IMG/VR virus record: IMGVR_UViG_3300046005_001016
Coordinates: 1-61,945 of that record
DNA: 61,945 nucleotides
Source: a virus
Lineage: Duplodnaviria > Caudoviricetes
Strand: one strand, 5' to 3'
Both the position numbers and the translations under genes were made by a program. Below the pieces are notes generated by a model. That model had not been told where the DNA came from. It did not search any database and saw nothing but the letters and a program-made list of their open reading frames with translations. How positions within the stretch are numbered: position 1 is the stretch's first letter; every line of letters begins with the position of its first letter. Below are positions 38,138 through 48,211 of this stretch, one piece after another.

Positions 38138-38623
38138 ATGCAGCCTAAAACCACATTCGCCAACGGCAAAAACCCTTTCAGGGCAATCCGTCGCGCAGCG
38201 CCAGTGATGAGGCGCCACGAGGTTTGCGCATTCGTGCGGGCAACGGCACGACCAGTGACCGTCGCGGAAATCGTGCAGCACTTTGACTTACCATTAACCA
38301 ACATTAGCCGCCTGCTCGGTGAACTGTTGAAAGAAGGCGCGGTGGCTCGTACTAAGCGGGTACGCACCGCAGAGCACCCAGACCTGCGCACCAAGAACGT
38401 GTACAGCTACGTGCGCCCACCAGCGGACGGCAAGAACGACCGCATTGGGCCGATCCTTGCGCACCTGAGTGCCCACCCACTATCAACTCTGGCTGAGATT
38501 TGTGCGGCGGTCAAACAGCCCATGCCGCTGATCGCATCCGTCATGCACTTCGCGGTGCACAAGTCAGGGACTGCCATGTGCAAGAAAGTGGACAACAGGC
38601 TGGTGTATTGGGCCGCACCATGA
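38138..38623 (+). CDS. Winged-HTH DNA-binding protein
   Basis: TVAEIVQHFDLP..NISRLL.EL...G.V; second HTH-like repeat. Confidence 0.6.
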   Translation: MQPKTTFANGKNPFRAIRRAAPVMRRHEVCAFVRATARPVTVAEIVQHFDLPLTNISRLLGELLKEGAVARTKRVRTAEHPDLRTKNVYSYVRPPADGKNDRIGPILAHLSAHPLSTLAEICAAVKQPMPLIASVMHFAVHKSGTAMCKKVDNRLVYWAAP

Positions 38624-38789
38624 CCAACCACACCCCTTACCTATCTACCCGAGAGGGTGGCCGACGCTGCGCAGATCGCGTCACTGAGTTGACTGAGCAG
38701 CTTGCTTGGTCGATCAAAGCTGGCAACGGACTGCTGGCGACGATACGGCGGCTTGAACAAGAACTGGCGAAGGCCAAAGGAGAATTGAA

Positions 38790-39536
38790 ATGAAAAGACT
38801 GATCTGCTGGTACTCCTGCGGAGCTGCCAGTGCAGTGGCTACAAAGCTCGCAATCGCAAAGTACAAAGACACTCACGACATCGTAATTGCGAGATGCATT
38901 GTGAAAGAAGAACACCCAGACAATGACCGCTTCGCTGCTGACTGCGAAAAATGGTTCGATCTACCGATCACAAACCTAATGAATGAGGAATTTGATGGGT
39001 CAATTTACAACGTCATAACAAAGCGCAAATACATCAGCGGGATCAGCGGCGCGCCCTGCACAATGCTACTGAAAAAGGAAGTGCGCTTGAAGTTTCAGCG
39101 GCCAGATGATGCTCATGTGTTTGGGTACTGCGCGGAAGAACAAGACCGCTACGACAGCTTTATTGATGCCAACAATATTGACTGCCTAGTACCGCTTATT
39201 GACGCAAAACTGACCCATGCAAACTGCCTTGCGCTGCTGCAAAACGCAGGGATCGAACTGCCAGAAATGTACAAGCTTGGGTATCAGCATAACAACTGTA
39301 TCGGGTGCGTAAAGGCTACTGGCGCAGGGTACTGGAACAAGATCAAGCATGACTTTCCAGCGCGGTTTTGGATGATGGCTGGTGCCAGTCGCGCACTGGG
39401 CGTGAGGATGACTCGGATCGGATCGGATCGGATTTTCCTCGATGAATTGCCAACGGGTATTGGTCGCTATCAGGACGAACCGGAAATCCAGTGCGGGATA
39501 TTTTGCGAGATGGCGCAGCAGGAGATAGAGGCATGA
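38790..39536 (+). CDS. PP-loop / PAPS-reductase-like enzyme
   Basis: WYSCGAASAVA, EHPDN.RF, APCT..LKK, LP.MY.LGY.HNNCIGCVK, CG.FC. Confidence 0.75.
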   Translation: MKRLICWYSCGAASAVATKLAIAKYKDTHDIVIARCIVKEEHPDNDRFAADCEKWFDLPITNLMNEEFDGSIYNVITKRKYISGISGAPCTMLLKKEVRLKFQRPDDAHVFGYCAEEQDRYDSFIDANNIDCLVPLIDAKLTHANCLALLQNAGIELPEMYKLGYQHNNCIGCVKATGAGYWNKIKHDFPARFWMMAGASRALGVRMTRIGSDRIFLDELPTGIGRYQDEPEIQCGIFCEMAQQEIEA

Positions 39537-40857
39537 CCAACCAAGAAATAAGCATGCAGCTTGCCATCGCTATTGGGCACAAACCCGCGTGGGTTCATGC
39601 CCACGGAACAAACTCGGTGTGGGTTTACACAGGGGCGGTAAATCGCCCATTCAACTACCGCGATCCTGCTGTGATTTGGCCGATTGCTGAACGGTACGAC
39701 TGCTTTCCGTATCGCTTTAGCAAGGAATGGGCTACATGGGACAGCACCAACATCGCAGACGCCCCAGCAAAGGCTGTAGCACTGGCTGTGATTAAAGGAA
39801 TGAAGAAATGACCAGCATCAAAACTTGGCAGGGACGCACCGAGTTCAACGGCCCATGCTACCCACGGGAAGCGCAGGAAGAAATCACAGACCTCCGCGCT
39901 GCCATCGAGCGCAAGGATGTGCTGTTGCGGGAGTGTCGTGGACAGTTTGAAGGTGGAACGGATTACCCCGTAGACGATCAGGGTTACACAGCAGCCCAGA
40001 TGCAAGCCTACGGACAAGCCTGCCGGGACGCTGCGCTTGAGGAGGCTGCGAAGGAGTGTGACAGCACATGGAATGGCGACTCAGACACAGTGGACGCCAG
40101 TGCCGCTTACAACGAGTGCGCAGACGCAATCAGGAGTTTGAAATGACCAAAGACCACTCAGAGTTTCTTGCCTTTTGCAAGACGGTGATCCACCTTGAGG
40201 CCACCGAGGATATTGCGCTTGCTTGCTGGGTTGAGAGCCGCAAGCGGGCACTGGAGGAAGCTGCGAAGGTGTGTGACGCACAAGCAGAGGATGCCGTAGC
40301 ACCGAAGCGTTTGGCGCTCATGACAGCGGTGGGTCAGACGATCCAAGAGGGCATGTACGGCGGGGCTAAGTCCTGCGCTGGCGTTATCCGGGGGTTGAAA
40401 TGAAAGCACCACACGCCACCGCAGTGCGCGAACTTCTGAAACAGCACCCATCAGGGGTCAGCACCAAGGACATTGGAACCACCCTTGGCGTCAGGCAAAA
40501 CACCATCTACAAGGTGCTGGCAAAGATGCACGACTGCTATATAGACCGATGGGCAACCCCGAATCGCGGGCAGTACACCGCTGTGTGGTGCATCGCTGAC
40601 ATACCTGAGAACTGCCCGTACCCTATGGCCCGCAAGGACAAGCCCTCCACTGTGTGGGTGACGGTATGACCAGCTATCAAGCCGGGGGTGCTGAGTGGCT
40701 GTACCCAAAATGTGGTGACCCGTTACCCACCGCAGGGGCCAAGGTGTTGCTTTTGACCAAGGGCGGTATTGCCACCGTAGGGGCATGGGACACGGCGTTC
40801 TGTGTTGGGTGGCTTCCGTTGCCGAAACGCAATAAAGACAAAGAGGAATTGAAATAA
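39533..40857 (+). other. Run of about five small translationally coupled hypothetical genes (39533, 39808, 40143, 40400, 40666)
   Basis: Successive ATGA overlaps; ALEEAAK.CD motifs; 40400..40669 is HTH-like. Confidence 0.6.
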
Positions 40858-40888
40858 CAAAGGGGCCGATTGGCCCCTTGTTTATTTC
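40852..40888. terminator. Bidirectional terminator between convergent operons
   Basis: AAATAACAAAGGGGCC-gatt-GGCCCCTTGTTTATTT. Confidence 0.8.
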
Positions 40889-41073
40889 TGCAGCTTGATC
40901 AAGCTGTCCGCGGATTTGTCCCAGTCATCGGAGTCCAGGGGCGACCCCTCGCACTCCTCCTTCAGCGCCTGGTAACGCTGGCCGTCAATCATCAGCTTGA
41001 CCACGGTGTCGTAGTCCATGGCCACGATGCACGCCCAGCTCGATCCAACTTGTAAGTATTTCAGGTCTTCCAT
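40882..41073 (-). CDS. Small hypothetical protein downstream of the integrase
   Basis: 63 aa ORF directly after the int stop. Confidence 0.4.
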   Translation of the reverse strand: MEDLKYLQVGSSWACIVAMDYDTVVKLMIDGQRYQALKEECEGSPLDSDDWDKSADSLIKLQK

Positions 41074-41077
41074 TTCA

Positions 41078-42118
41078 TTACCCCATCATGGTCGCCAGGT
41101 CGCCAGCTTTCGGCTTGTAGTACCTCGCGAGCGACTGCAGCGTACGGCGACCGGTCATGCGCATGAGCGCCAGCTTATCCGGCACCCTTGTCACCATCTC
41201 GGTAGTGTATGTGTGGCGCAGCGAGTGGATCACGATGTCCGCCTGCTCCGGGAACTGCTCGGCAATGACCGCACGCTCACGGCGGAACAGCTCACCCGCG
41301 GAGATGGCGCCGATACCCACCAGGTTCTCCTCACCCTTTCGCATCTGCGCCAGCACGCGGATCACTTCGACCGCGTCCTTACGCAGCGGGCAGAAGAACT
41401 CGTCCCCGTTCTTGGTCTTGGCGAAGTAGATCTGGGGCACCGAGAGGTCGATGTTCTTCATCTCGATCCGGCAGATCTCACCCAGGCGCAGGCCCGTCAC
41501 GCGGGCGATGTTCAAGATCCAAGGGATGTAGGACGTCTTGGTGCTGGGCGCCGTCTTCATGTCGTAGCCGAAGTAGTCGTACCAGATCTTCAGATCGTGG
41601 TCTGTCCACAACCGGCTGCGCTCGCCGCCGACCTCCTTGGGTTTCTTCACCAGGTGAGCCGGGTTGTTCTGCATCGGCAGGCCCCACTCGGTCATGGCGT
41701 GGGTGAACATGGAGCCGAGCACACCGAAGTCCCGGATCACGGTGGCGGATGTGACCACCTTCAGCCGCTGGTCACGCCAGGTGCGCAGCGCCGACGCGAT
41801 GTCCGCGTTCAGGTCCAGCTTCGCCCAGGGCTCACGCATGTAGGACTTCAGCCGGTTGACTTCAAACTTACCAGAGTCGCGTTCCATCGAGACCTCCTCC
41901 ATATAGCGGCGCATCAGGTCACTGACCAGGAGTTTCTTCAAGTCGTTGAAGTTGACGTTGCCGCCGCGTTGGATGCGGGACTCCATCTCGACAGCCCACT
42001 TCTTAGCGTCGGCTTGAGCGTGGAAAGATTTGCTTAACGGGGGTGCGCCTTTGAGCCGGACGATGGCCCGGTATTGCTTTGTTCCGTCAGCCTTCAGGCG
42101 GGTTTGATATGATGCCAT
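41078..42118 (-). CDS. int: Tyrosine integrase (likely start MASYQ at 42118)
   Basis: TGLRLGE, TKNG, HSLRH, C-terminal RYY; GAGG RBS; adjacent attP. Confidence 0.93.
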   Translation of the reverse strand: MASYQTRLKADGTKQYRAIVRLKGAPPLSKSFHAQADAKKWAVEMESRIQRGGNVNFNDLKKLLVSDLMRRYMEEVSMERDSGKFEVNRLKSYMREPWAKLDLNADIASALRTWRDQRLKVVTSATVIRDFGVLGSMFTHAMTEWGLPMQNNPAHLVKKPKEVGGERSRLWTDHDLKIWYDYFGYDMKTAPSTKTSYIPWILNIARVTGLRLGEICRIEMKNIDLSVPQIYFAKTKNGDEFFCPLRKDAVEVIRVLAQMRKGEENLVGIGAISAGELFRRERAVIAEQFPEQADIVIHSLRHTYTTEMVTRVPDKLALMRMTGRRTLQSLARYYKPKAGDLATMMG

Positions 42119-42138
42119 TACTAGTTCCTCTTGCGGTT

Positions 42139-42342
42139 GGTACAGTTGATTGTACATAAAGTGTACCTAAACTCGCCAAATGCACAGAAGTACTAGCCAA
42201 ATGTATGCCGGCCCCGGGCACCATTTACATATATTAGGATCTAAAAAGTCTAATGAAATCAACGGTTTAAGTGGAAACAGTGTACCACTAGAACCGATAG
42301 ATATACAGATAGCGTGTACCGTATGTGTACCATTGGGTACAC
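42139..42342. other. attP: tRNA 3'-end core, arm repeats and IHF site
   Basis: CCGGCCCCGGGCACCA (42208-42223); GTGTACC at 42161, 42280, 42314, 42325 and inverted at 42336; AATCAACGGTTTA (42257-42269) fits WATCAAN4TTR. Confidence 0.85.
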
Positions 42343-42352
42343 GCTGTTCTGA

Positions 42353-45300
42353 TTAACGCACTGTCTCTTGAATATCCCCGCGCATCCCCTTGGGTGCGTT
42401 CTTGACGGTACGCTGATCCCTGGTCGAGCGCAGGGCTTTGACCTGGCTCTGGATTGAGCTCATGCTCAACTGGATATGCGCCGCGCGCGGGTTGTTCTCA
42501 TTCCATTCCTTGATCTCCTTGCGCACACTGGCCAGCGTGTCTTGGTCCCCGTCCACCAGCGCCTTGGCGTACTCTGAGCTCACGGCCTGCTGCTTCCAGC
42601 GTTGGGTGCCGATGTCTTGCTGGGCAATCCGGTTGGCCTGGCTGTCGTCGGCCACGATGGCCGGCTGGATACCGATGAACTTCAGGGCGCCGTCCGTGTT
42701 GCTGACGTCCATCACCTTCTTCCCAGACGTGTCTTTGTAGACACCGGTGGCCATCATCTCCGCACCCTTATACGCGTTGGCCACAGCCACGGGGGCCACG
42801 CTGCCCAGGGCCTTCTTGTAGTCTCCGCCGGCTGCCGCCTGGATGGCGTTGATGTAGTTGAACACCAAGCTACCTGCCACACCACCGATCTCCATCGCGC
42901 CCTGCAGTTTCTGCTGCGCGGTCTGGGCAGGGTCCAGGATCTTGGTGGCCGGTAGGAAGTTGCCGGCGCCCACCCGCCCGGAGATGTCAAACGGTAACCA
43001 ATGGCTGATACCGTCGTTCATCGCGTCGCCAAAGTCCTTGCCCAGCATGGCGTGCAGGAAGTCGCGCTTGGCCTTCTTGCTGTTGGTGGCGTGGCCCGCG
43101 AGGTGGCCGAAGGTGTCGATGACGTCATCCAGGTCGTCCGCACCGGGCAGTCCACCCACACCAGAGGCCAGCATCAGCATGCCAATGGCGATCACGAACT
43201 GTTGCTTGGGGATCAGGCCGTCGCCCCAGGCGCGTTTCAGGAACTCCATGTAGGAGATGCTGAACTGCTTGAAGGTGAAGACGGTGGAGCCGACCGCGCC
43301 GCGCGCCCAGTTGGGGCGGTTACCTTTGTTGTACACACCCTGGGTTTCTTGGATGGCGTGCGCTGCGAACTCCACCGCGGTCACGGAGTCGCTGGTGTTC
43401 ATTGCCTTTTGCAGCTGTGCCAAACCCTCGGGGGTCTTCAGCGTTTCCTTGGCGGTCTCGTAAGCGGCGATGAACGTGGCCGTGCGGTTGTACGCCTCGG
43501 TCAGTTGGAAGTTCATCCCCCAAACCCGCATGAATTTCTGCATGCCGAAGGAGCCGGCGCCCTGCTGCGCCGCGCCCATGAGCTGGAACATCTCGTTGGG
43601 GTCCAGGATACCGTCCGCCTTGGCCTGCTCCAGCGCCATGCGCAGCTCGGGGTCCGAGATCTCTTTGCCCCGCAGGTGGGATATGGCCTGCGCCAACCCG
43701 GTCTTCATGGCCGCGCCAGCCCTGGCGGCGCCGAACTGGGACAGGTAGGGGAACGTCATCAGCACCGGCTGGGTCAAGTTGACCAGGCCAGAGGCGATGC
43801 TGCCTCCCAAGTACTGCGCGAACAACAGGCCACGCAGCTTCTGCGCTTCCTCCTGCGGGTTCTTCACGTACTCGACCAGCTTCTGGGCGTCGAGTTTGTA
43901 GTCGCCCTGCAGCTCTTTGGACAGCGCCGCCGCGTCAACGGCGTGCATGTTCAGGTTGCTGGACGCCTTGCGGCTGTTGCCGGTGAGGAAGGACGCGACC
44001 GTGCGGGTGGCGTCGTGGCTGTAGCCAGCCACACCTTCGCGCTTTTGCATGCGCTGCATGACCGAGCGGCTGGACAGCACCTGCTGTATGAACGCCTGCA
44101 CCGCCTCGCTCTTGTCCATGCCGTTGTGCTGTGCGAACATCTGCGCGGTCTCAGCGGTCATGCCCTGGAACACCGACGACTGCTCGCTGGTGAACTGGCG
44201 GAAGTTGGCGCTGGCAATCTCGGGGTCCTTGGCGATCTGCGCGCGCAGGCGCTCGGCCTCCGCCTTGCTCTGCACCATGGAGAAGAACACCTGGTCCCCG
44301 TTCTTGTCCAGGCCCTGCACCGTCCAGGTGCCAAAGCGCATCAGCGGCGAGTAGCCGGCCTTGCTCAGTGTGTTGACGTCGCCCGCGATCTTGTCAATCG
44401 AGGTGCGCACCGCGCCCACCTTGGCCCCTTTGGCCTCCAGCTTATCGAGCAGCAGGCCGATCTGCTGCGCTGCCTGCGTCGATGTGTTGTTACCACGAAC
44501 GATGCTGGACAGCAGCGTGTTTGCGGCCACCTTGGTCACGTCGTCCATGCCGCCCAGTGCGGTGCGCGCCATCTGCGCCATCTCGCTGTTGCCGTAGTCG
44601 GTCAGTGACTGGTTCAGCGCAGCGCGCGCCTCATGGTAGGCCGTGACCTCCCGGTCGGTGGCGTCGTAGTTGGCCTTCAGCTCGGCGTCGGTGAACACCT
44701 TACCCACCCGAGGGTTGGCACGGTGCTCCGCGCGGACGTCCTCGGCGGTCCAGGGTTGCTTGGTCTTGGGGTTCTGCTTGGGTGCGCCGTCTTGTTTCAG
44801 CTTGGTGGCCAGCAGCTCGTCGTCCGTCCAGGCGGCGTCGGTGTCGGGGTTCAGGCCCTCATGCAGTGTGCCTTCCGCCAGCATGTGCCCGACTTTGGCG
44901 TTCTCCACCTTGGACAGGCCCATGTTTTTCATGGCGTCCCAGGACAGCTCGACGCCGGGGAAGATCGAGCGCGCGAGGCCCTCGGCCTTGGTGCCGAACA
45001 GTGACGTGTCCTCGATGAACTTCTGGATCCCATGGAACACCAGGGCGAATGGCCGATTCAAAGCGGCCTTGTGCATCGGGGTTCCGATGGTCTTGCCCCA
45101 CGCGGAGACCTCGCTGCTCGTGTTCTGCATGAACACCCCAGACACCGCGTCCCGCACGTTACTCAGGAAGTCGCTCTTGAGGTCCGCGTGGATGACGTTG
45201 TCTCCGATGTCGGAGAGCGTGGCGCGGACTGTGCTGGCGCGGATGTCAGGGTTGGCACCGTCGAAGGCGCCGGTGTTGCCGGTGGCAGATTTAACTTGGG

Positions 45301-46996
45301 ACGGGTAGAAGGCAACATACTCGCTCCCGCCAGACGGAAACTCCAGTACCACGCCGTCGTGCCCCGCGGCCTTCAGCTTTTCTGTCCAGCGTTCAGAGTA
45401 TGCGCTGCCGCCGTCCCGCACGCGCTTCTTATCTTGCACCGACGCGACGTATGGGTTAACGATCGCCGCGTACAGCGGCATGCTGTTTGGCGCGCCACCG
45501 GGTTTATCCTCGGAGTACCAGTTCGAGATACCTGTGTCGTCAGTAAGATAGACGCCTTTGCCCAACCACCCGTGGTCTAAGGAGTCGGGGTGTCCGATTT
45601 CAAAGGCGGTGATGTCGGCGTTGGTTCCGTGGTAAAGCCGAATCGGGCGAGCATCCGAATTATGGGGTCCCGATCGTTGACCGTCCAGGGCTCCACCACT
45701 GGCAGCGCCTTGAACTCCTCCACCTCCCTCGCCCACTGCTCGGGGGTTTTGGTTGGTCGTGTACCACTTCCAGAAGTTTTTGATTCCATCTTGGTCTCCG
45801 GCTAAAGACCGGCCTTGGTCATCCACAGTTGATCGTTCAACGCCGTCGACGCTGACGGTGTTGCGCTCGGTGGAGTAGTGGGTGCCTTCGAGAGCGCCGC
45901 CAAATCCTTGACCACCCGTACCCGGGATCCCGCGTACTGAGTCCAGAAATGCCAGTCGTGCGCCCTTGCTTTGTAAAAGGGAATGGTACAGAGCTGATCT
46001 CTGAACAGTCGTGACGCCCGCTCCACCTGATCCATCCACCGGGCGGAACGCTCCGGCGAGGTCGTGAAGATCGTCGTACCCAAATGGAACACCTTGGGAG
46101 TCCGTGAAGCTGTCTTTTGATCGGTCATATTGAACTGCTGCTAATGCTGGTTGTTTATTCTGCATGGCTGCCCGGGACACGTCAATCATTCTGCGCAGAT
46201 TACCGAGGGTGTCACCTTTTTCCCAACGCAACCCAGGGACGCCGTCCGACCCCAAGACCTGCTTGGCATGCGGCGCCATGAAGTCCGTGCTGCCGTATTT
46301 GATGGCCGCGCTGATCATGTTCTCTAGCCGCCGGATGATGGCCACCTTGCTGAACCCGTTGCGGTCGCCGATGAACACCAGCCCGTTGTTGTGCGCGTAG
46401 TTGAACCCGATGTCGTAGAGCTTGCTGCCGCCTGAGCCCTCGCCGGTGATCTCAGCGTCGATCCACAACTCGTTACCCTTCTGTCGTAGGTAGGCCGAGC
46501 GCCCCGGCTTGGACTTACCCGTGTCGGTGTCAACCGCGTCGGGCAGCGTGACCTTCCACTCCTTCACACCCCCACCGATGTCGTCCTCACGTACCTTGGT
46601 GACGCCCTTGTCCCGCGCAATGGCCGCCACGCTTTTGGCCGTGGACACCGGGGACTCGTACAACCAGCCCTTGGCGCCCAGCGCCATCAGCGTGTGGCTG
46701 ATGCCAACGCGCTCGTCTGCCACCTGCTCGTCTGTCGGCTCGCGTGTAACCCGCTCGGTGCTGGCCTTCACCTCTGGCTTGGCCTCCTCGAACGCGTCGG
46801 GATGCTGCCCCTTGGCCAGGTCCATCATCTCCGCGTGGTCCGCCTTGGCTTCTGCCAGGATGTCGGCCACTGCCATGCGTTGCGCCTGGGCGACCGGGAC
46901 GCCGCTCTTCTGGTACTCATCGAGGCGAGTCAGTAAAGCATCTGCGTCCGAGTCGTTCAAATCGTTGACGATGCTCATGCACTTTGAGAATGGCAT
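42353..46996 (-). CDS. Large polyvalent ejection protein (GNAT-like, ADP-ribosyltransferase, PLxRFG domain)
   Basis: GEGSGGSKLY; LYHGT...LGKGVYLT...GHDGV...EYVAF.PSQVKSA.GN.GAFD; YSPLMRFG; FTFKQF. Confidence 0.85.
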   Translation of the reverse strand: MPFSKCMSIVNDLNDSDADALLTRLDEYQKSGVPVAQAQRMAVADILAEAKADHAEMMDLAKGQHPDAFEEAKPEVKASTERVTREPTDEQVADERVGISHTLMALGAKGWLYESPVSTAKSVAAIARDKGVTKVREDDIGGGVKEWKVTLPDAVDTDTGKSKPGRSAYLRQKGNELWIDAEITGEGSGGSKLYDIGFNYAHNNGLVFIGDRNGFSKVAIIRRLENMISAAIKYGSTDFMAPHAKQVLGSDGVPGLRWEKGDTLGNLRRMIDVSRAAMQNKQPALAAVQYDRSKDSFTDSQGVPFGYDDLHDLAGAFRPVDGSGGAGVTTVQRSALYHSLLQSKGARLAFLDSVRGIPGTGGQGFGGALEGTHYSTERNTVSVDGVERSTVDDQGRSLAGDQDGIKNFWKWYTTNQNPRAVGEGGGGVQGAASGGALDGQRSGPHNSDARPIRLYHGTNADITAFEIGHPDSLDHGWLGKGVYLTDDTGISNWYSEDKPGGAPNSMPLYAAIVNPYVASVQDKKRVRDGGSAYSERWTEKLKAAGHDGVVLEFPSGGSEYVAFYPSQVKSATGNTGAFDGANPDIRASTVRATLSDIGDNVIHADLKSDFLSNVRDAVSGVFMQNTSSEVSAWGKTIGTPMHKAALNRPFALVFHGIQKFIEDTSLFGTKAEGLARSIFPGVELSWDAMKNMGLSKVENAKVGHMLAEGTLHEGLNPDTDAAWTDDELLATKLKQDGAPKQNPKTKQPWTAEDVRAEHRANPRVGKVFTDAELKANYDATDREVTAYHEARAALNQSLTDYGNSEMAQMARTALGGMDDVTKVAANTLLSSIVRGNNTSTQAAQQIGLLLDKLEAKGAKVGAVRTSIDKIAGDVNTLSKAGYSPLMRFGTWTVQGLDKNGDQVFFSMVQSKAEAERLRAQIAKDPEIASANFRQFTSEQSSVFQGMTAETAQMFAQHNGMDKSEAVQAFIQQVLSSRSVMQRMQKREGVAGYSHDATRTVASFLTGNSRKASSNLNMHAVDAAALSKELQGDYKLDAQKLVEYVKNPQEEAQKLRGLLFAQYLGGSIASGLVNLTQPVLMTFPYLSQFGAARAGAAMKTGLAQAISHLRGKEISDPELRMALEQAKADGILDPNEMFQLMGAAQQGAGSFGMQKFMRVWGMNFQLTEAYNRTATFIAAYETAKETLKTPEGLAQLQKAMNTSDSVTAVEFAAHAIQETQGVYNKGNRPNWARGAVGSTVFTFKQFSISYMEFLKRAWGDGLIPKQQFVIAIGMLMLASGVGGLPGADDLDDVIDTFGHLAGHATNSKKAKRDFLHAMLGKDFGDAMNDGISHWLPFDISGRVGAGNFLPATKILDPAQTAQQKLQGAMEIGGVAGSLVFNYINAIQAAAGGDYKKALGSVAPVAVANAYKGAEMMATGVYKDTSGKKVMDVSNTDGALKFIGIQPAIVADDSQANRIAQQDIGTQRWKQQAVSSEYAKALVDGDQDTLASVRKEIKEWNENNPRAAHIQLSMSSIQSQVKALRSTRDQRTVKNAPKGMRGDIQETVR

Positions 46997-47415
46997 TGGG
47001 TTGCTCCTGAGGTAATGAATTGGGCGACCAGCGCCATGATGATTTCGTCGTCGTCCTCGATGATCCGAAGGCGCTTGATGTCTTGCTGCATGTCCGCGGC
47101 GTCCAGATGTGTCTGGGCCTGCAGCACCGGTTTCTTTTTCTTGGGTGCGGTCTTGGCGGGCTGCGCGGTGGACTGCTCCTTGCCGACGAGCCAGTCAACG
47201 ACAGGGGCATATGCGTTCGGGTCAGTCAGTACACCGATGGCGCTGAAAGTGAAGCTGGCCGCTGCCGACATCTCACCGGGCTGAAACCCGGAGGTCAGCG
47301 TAGCTACCGCCGTAAGGCTGAACCCCGCTGCGCCCAGCATGGCATTGGGGTCAACGGCTATTGGCCCCCAGCTATTACTCCAGCTACTCCCCCATCCGTT
47401 AAATGAGGTTGCCAT
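46975..47415 (-). CDS. Hypothetical virion protein
   Basis: WG.SW..SWG N-terminus; DDDEII tail. Confidence 0.55.
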   Translation of the reverse strand: MATSFNGWGSSWSNSWGPIAVDPNAMLGAAGFSLTAVATLTSGFQPGEMSAAASFTFSAIGVLTDPNAYAPVVDWLVGKEQSTAQPAKTAPKKKKPVLQAQTHLDAADMQQDIKRLRIIEDDDEIIMALVAQFITSGATQCHSQSA

Positions 47416-48063
47416 TTAACCCGGACCCCACTCACTCCCGCTCTGCCCGTTGCCAGTCACGCTGTAACCGTTGACCGACACGATGTTTGCATTCACGATG
47501 CTGGAGGTGTCCACGGTGCTGCCCACCATCAAGCCCTTGGCGTAGCTGGTCAGCGTTGCGGTAACGGTCATAGCCCCAGAAGCCTGCGCCCACCCTTTTG
47601 CGCTCATGGCTGGGGTGTTGGTGGTGAACGTCATTGTGGACGAACCCACCCCGGAGAGGGTTGCCAGCACATTGCCCGTTGGCGTGATGGCAAAGGAGGC
47701 TGACCCAATGGCGCTGCTGATGAGCTGACCGTCAGGCGTGTTGGTGTCAATCAGGAAGGATGCTGTACCGCTGGCCGGTAGTCCCATCGTTCCGTTGGCT
47801 GTTGGCGCGAAAGACAAGCTGGCGTTGTTGCGGCTGGACATTGCGCCATTCTTCGGAGCCATGACCCACGCCGCAGGATGCCGGTTGCCCGAAGGCACAG
47901 AGGCTGTACTGTCGGTGATGCCATCACCCGCGAACTGGTTACGCATACGCGCAGCCATGTGTCCACGGTGTTCGTGGATGTGCGGCGTTGTGCCGTTCAC
48001 CATCGTGCTGCCGAACATTCGCCCGGTCAGCGTTTCACGAAAGCCTGCGCCCAAGAGAGCCAT
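47416..48063 (-). CDS. Hypothetical virion protein
   Basis: Ser/Thr/Gly/Ala-rich beta protein. Confidence 0.55.
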   Translation of the reverse strand: MALLGAGFRETLTGRMFGSTMVNGTTPHIHEHRGHMAARMRNQFAGDGITDSTASVPSGNRHPAAWVMAPKNGAMSSRNNASLSFAPTANGTMGLPASGTASFLIDTNTPDGQLISSAIGSASFAITPTGNVLATLSGVGSSTMTFTTNTPAMSAKGWAQASGAMTVTATLTSYAKGLMVGSTVDTSSIVNANIVSVNGYSVTGNGQSGSEWGPG

Positions 48064-48211
48064 CAGATCACCTCTGCCGCTTCAGGGAAATCAGTAGCCA
48101 GCTTCTCGCGGTCAACCTCCCGCTGAATCTCCACGATCTGAATAGCCAGCTTGTAAACATCGCCGCGCCACTTGGTGAAGTCTGCAATCAAGTCAAGGAT
48201 GCGTTTGTCCA

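Noticed and set aside
41078-42118. Shufflon/invertase system
   Set aside because: No inverted crossover repeats seen around fibre genes, and a complete attP lies next to the gene
42208-42223. tRNA gene
   Set aside because: Only the 3' 16 nt are present with no cloverleaf; better explained as the attP core
43001-44608. Long antisense ORFs (also 16499..17428, 41018..42037, 53556..54653)
   Set aside because: Shadow frames of GC-rich genes on the opposite strand; no RBS or motifs
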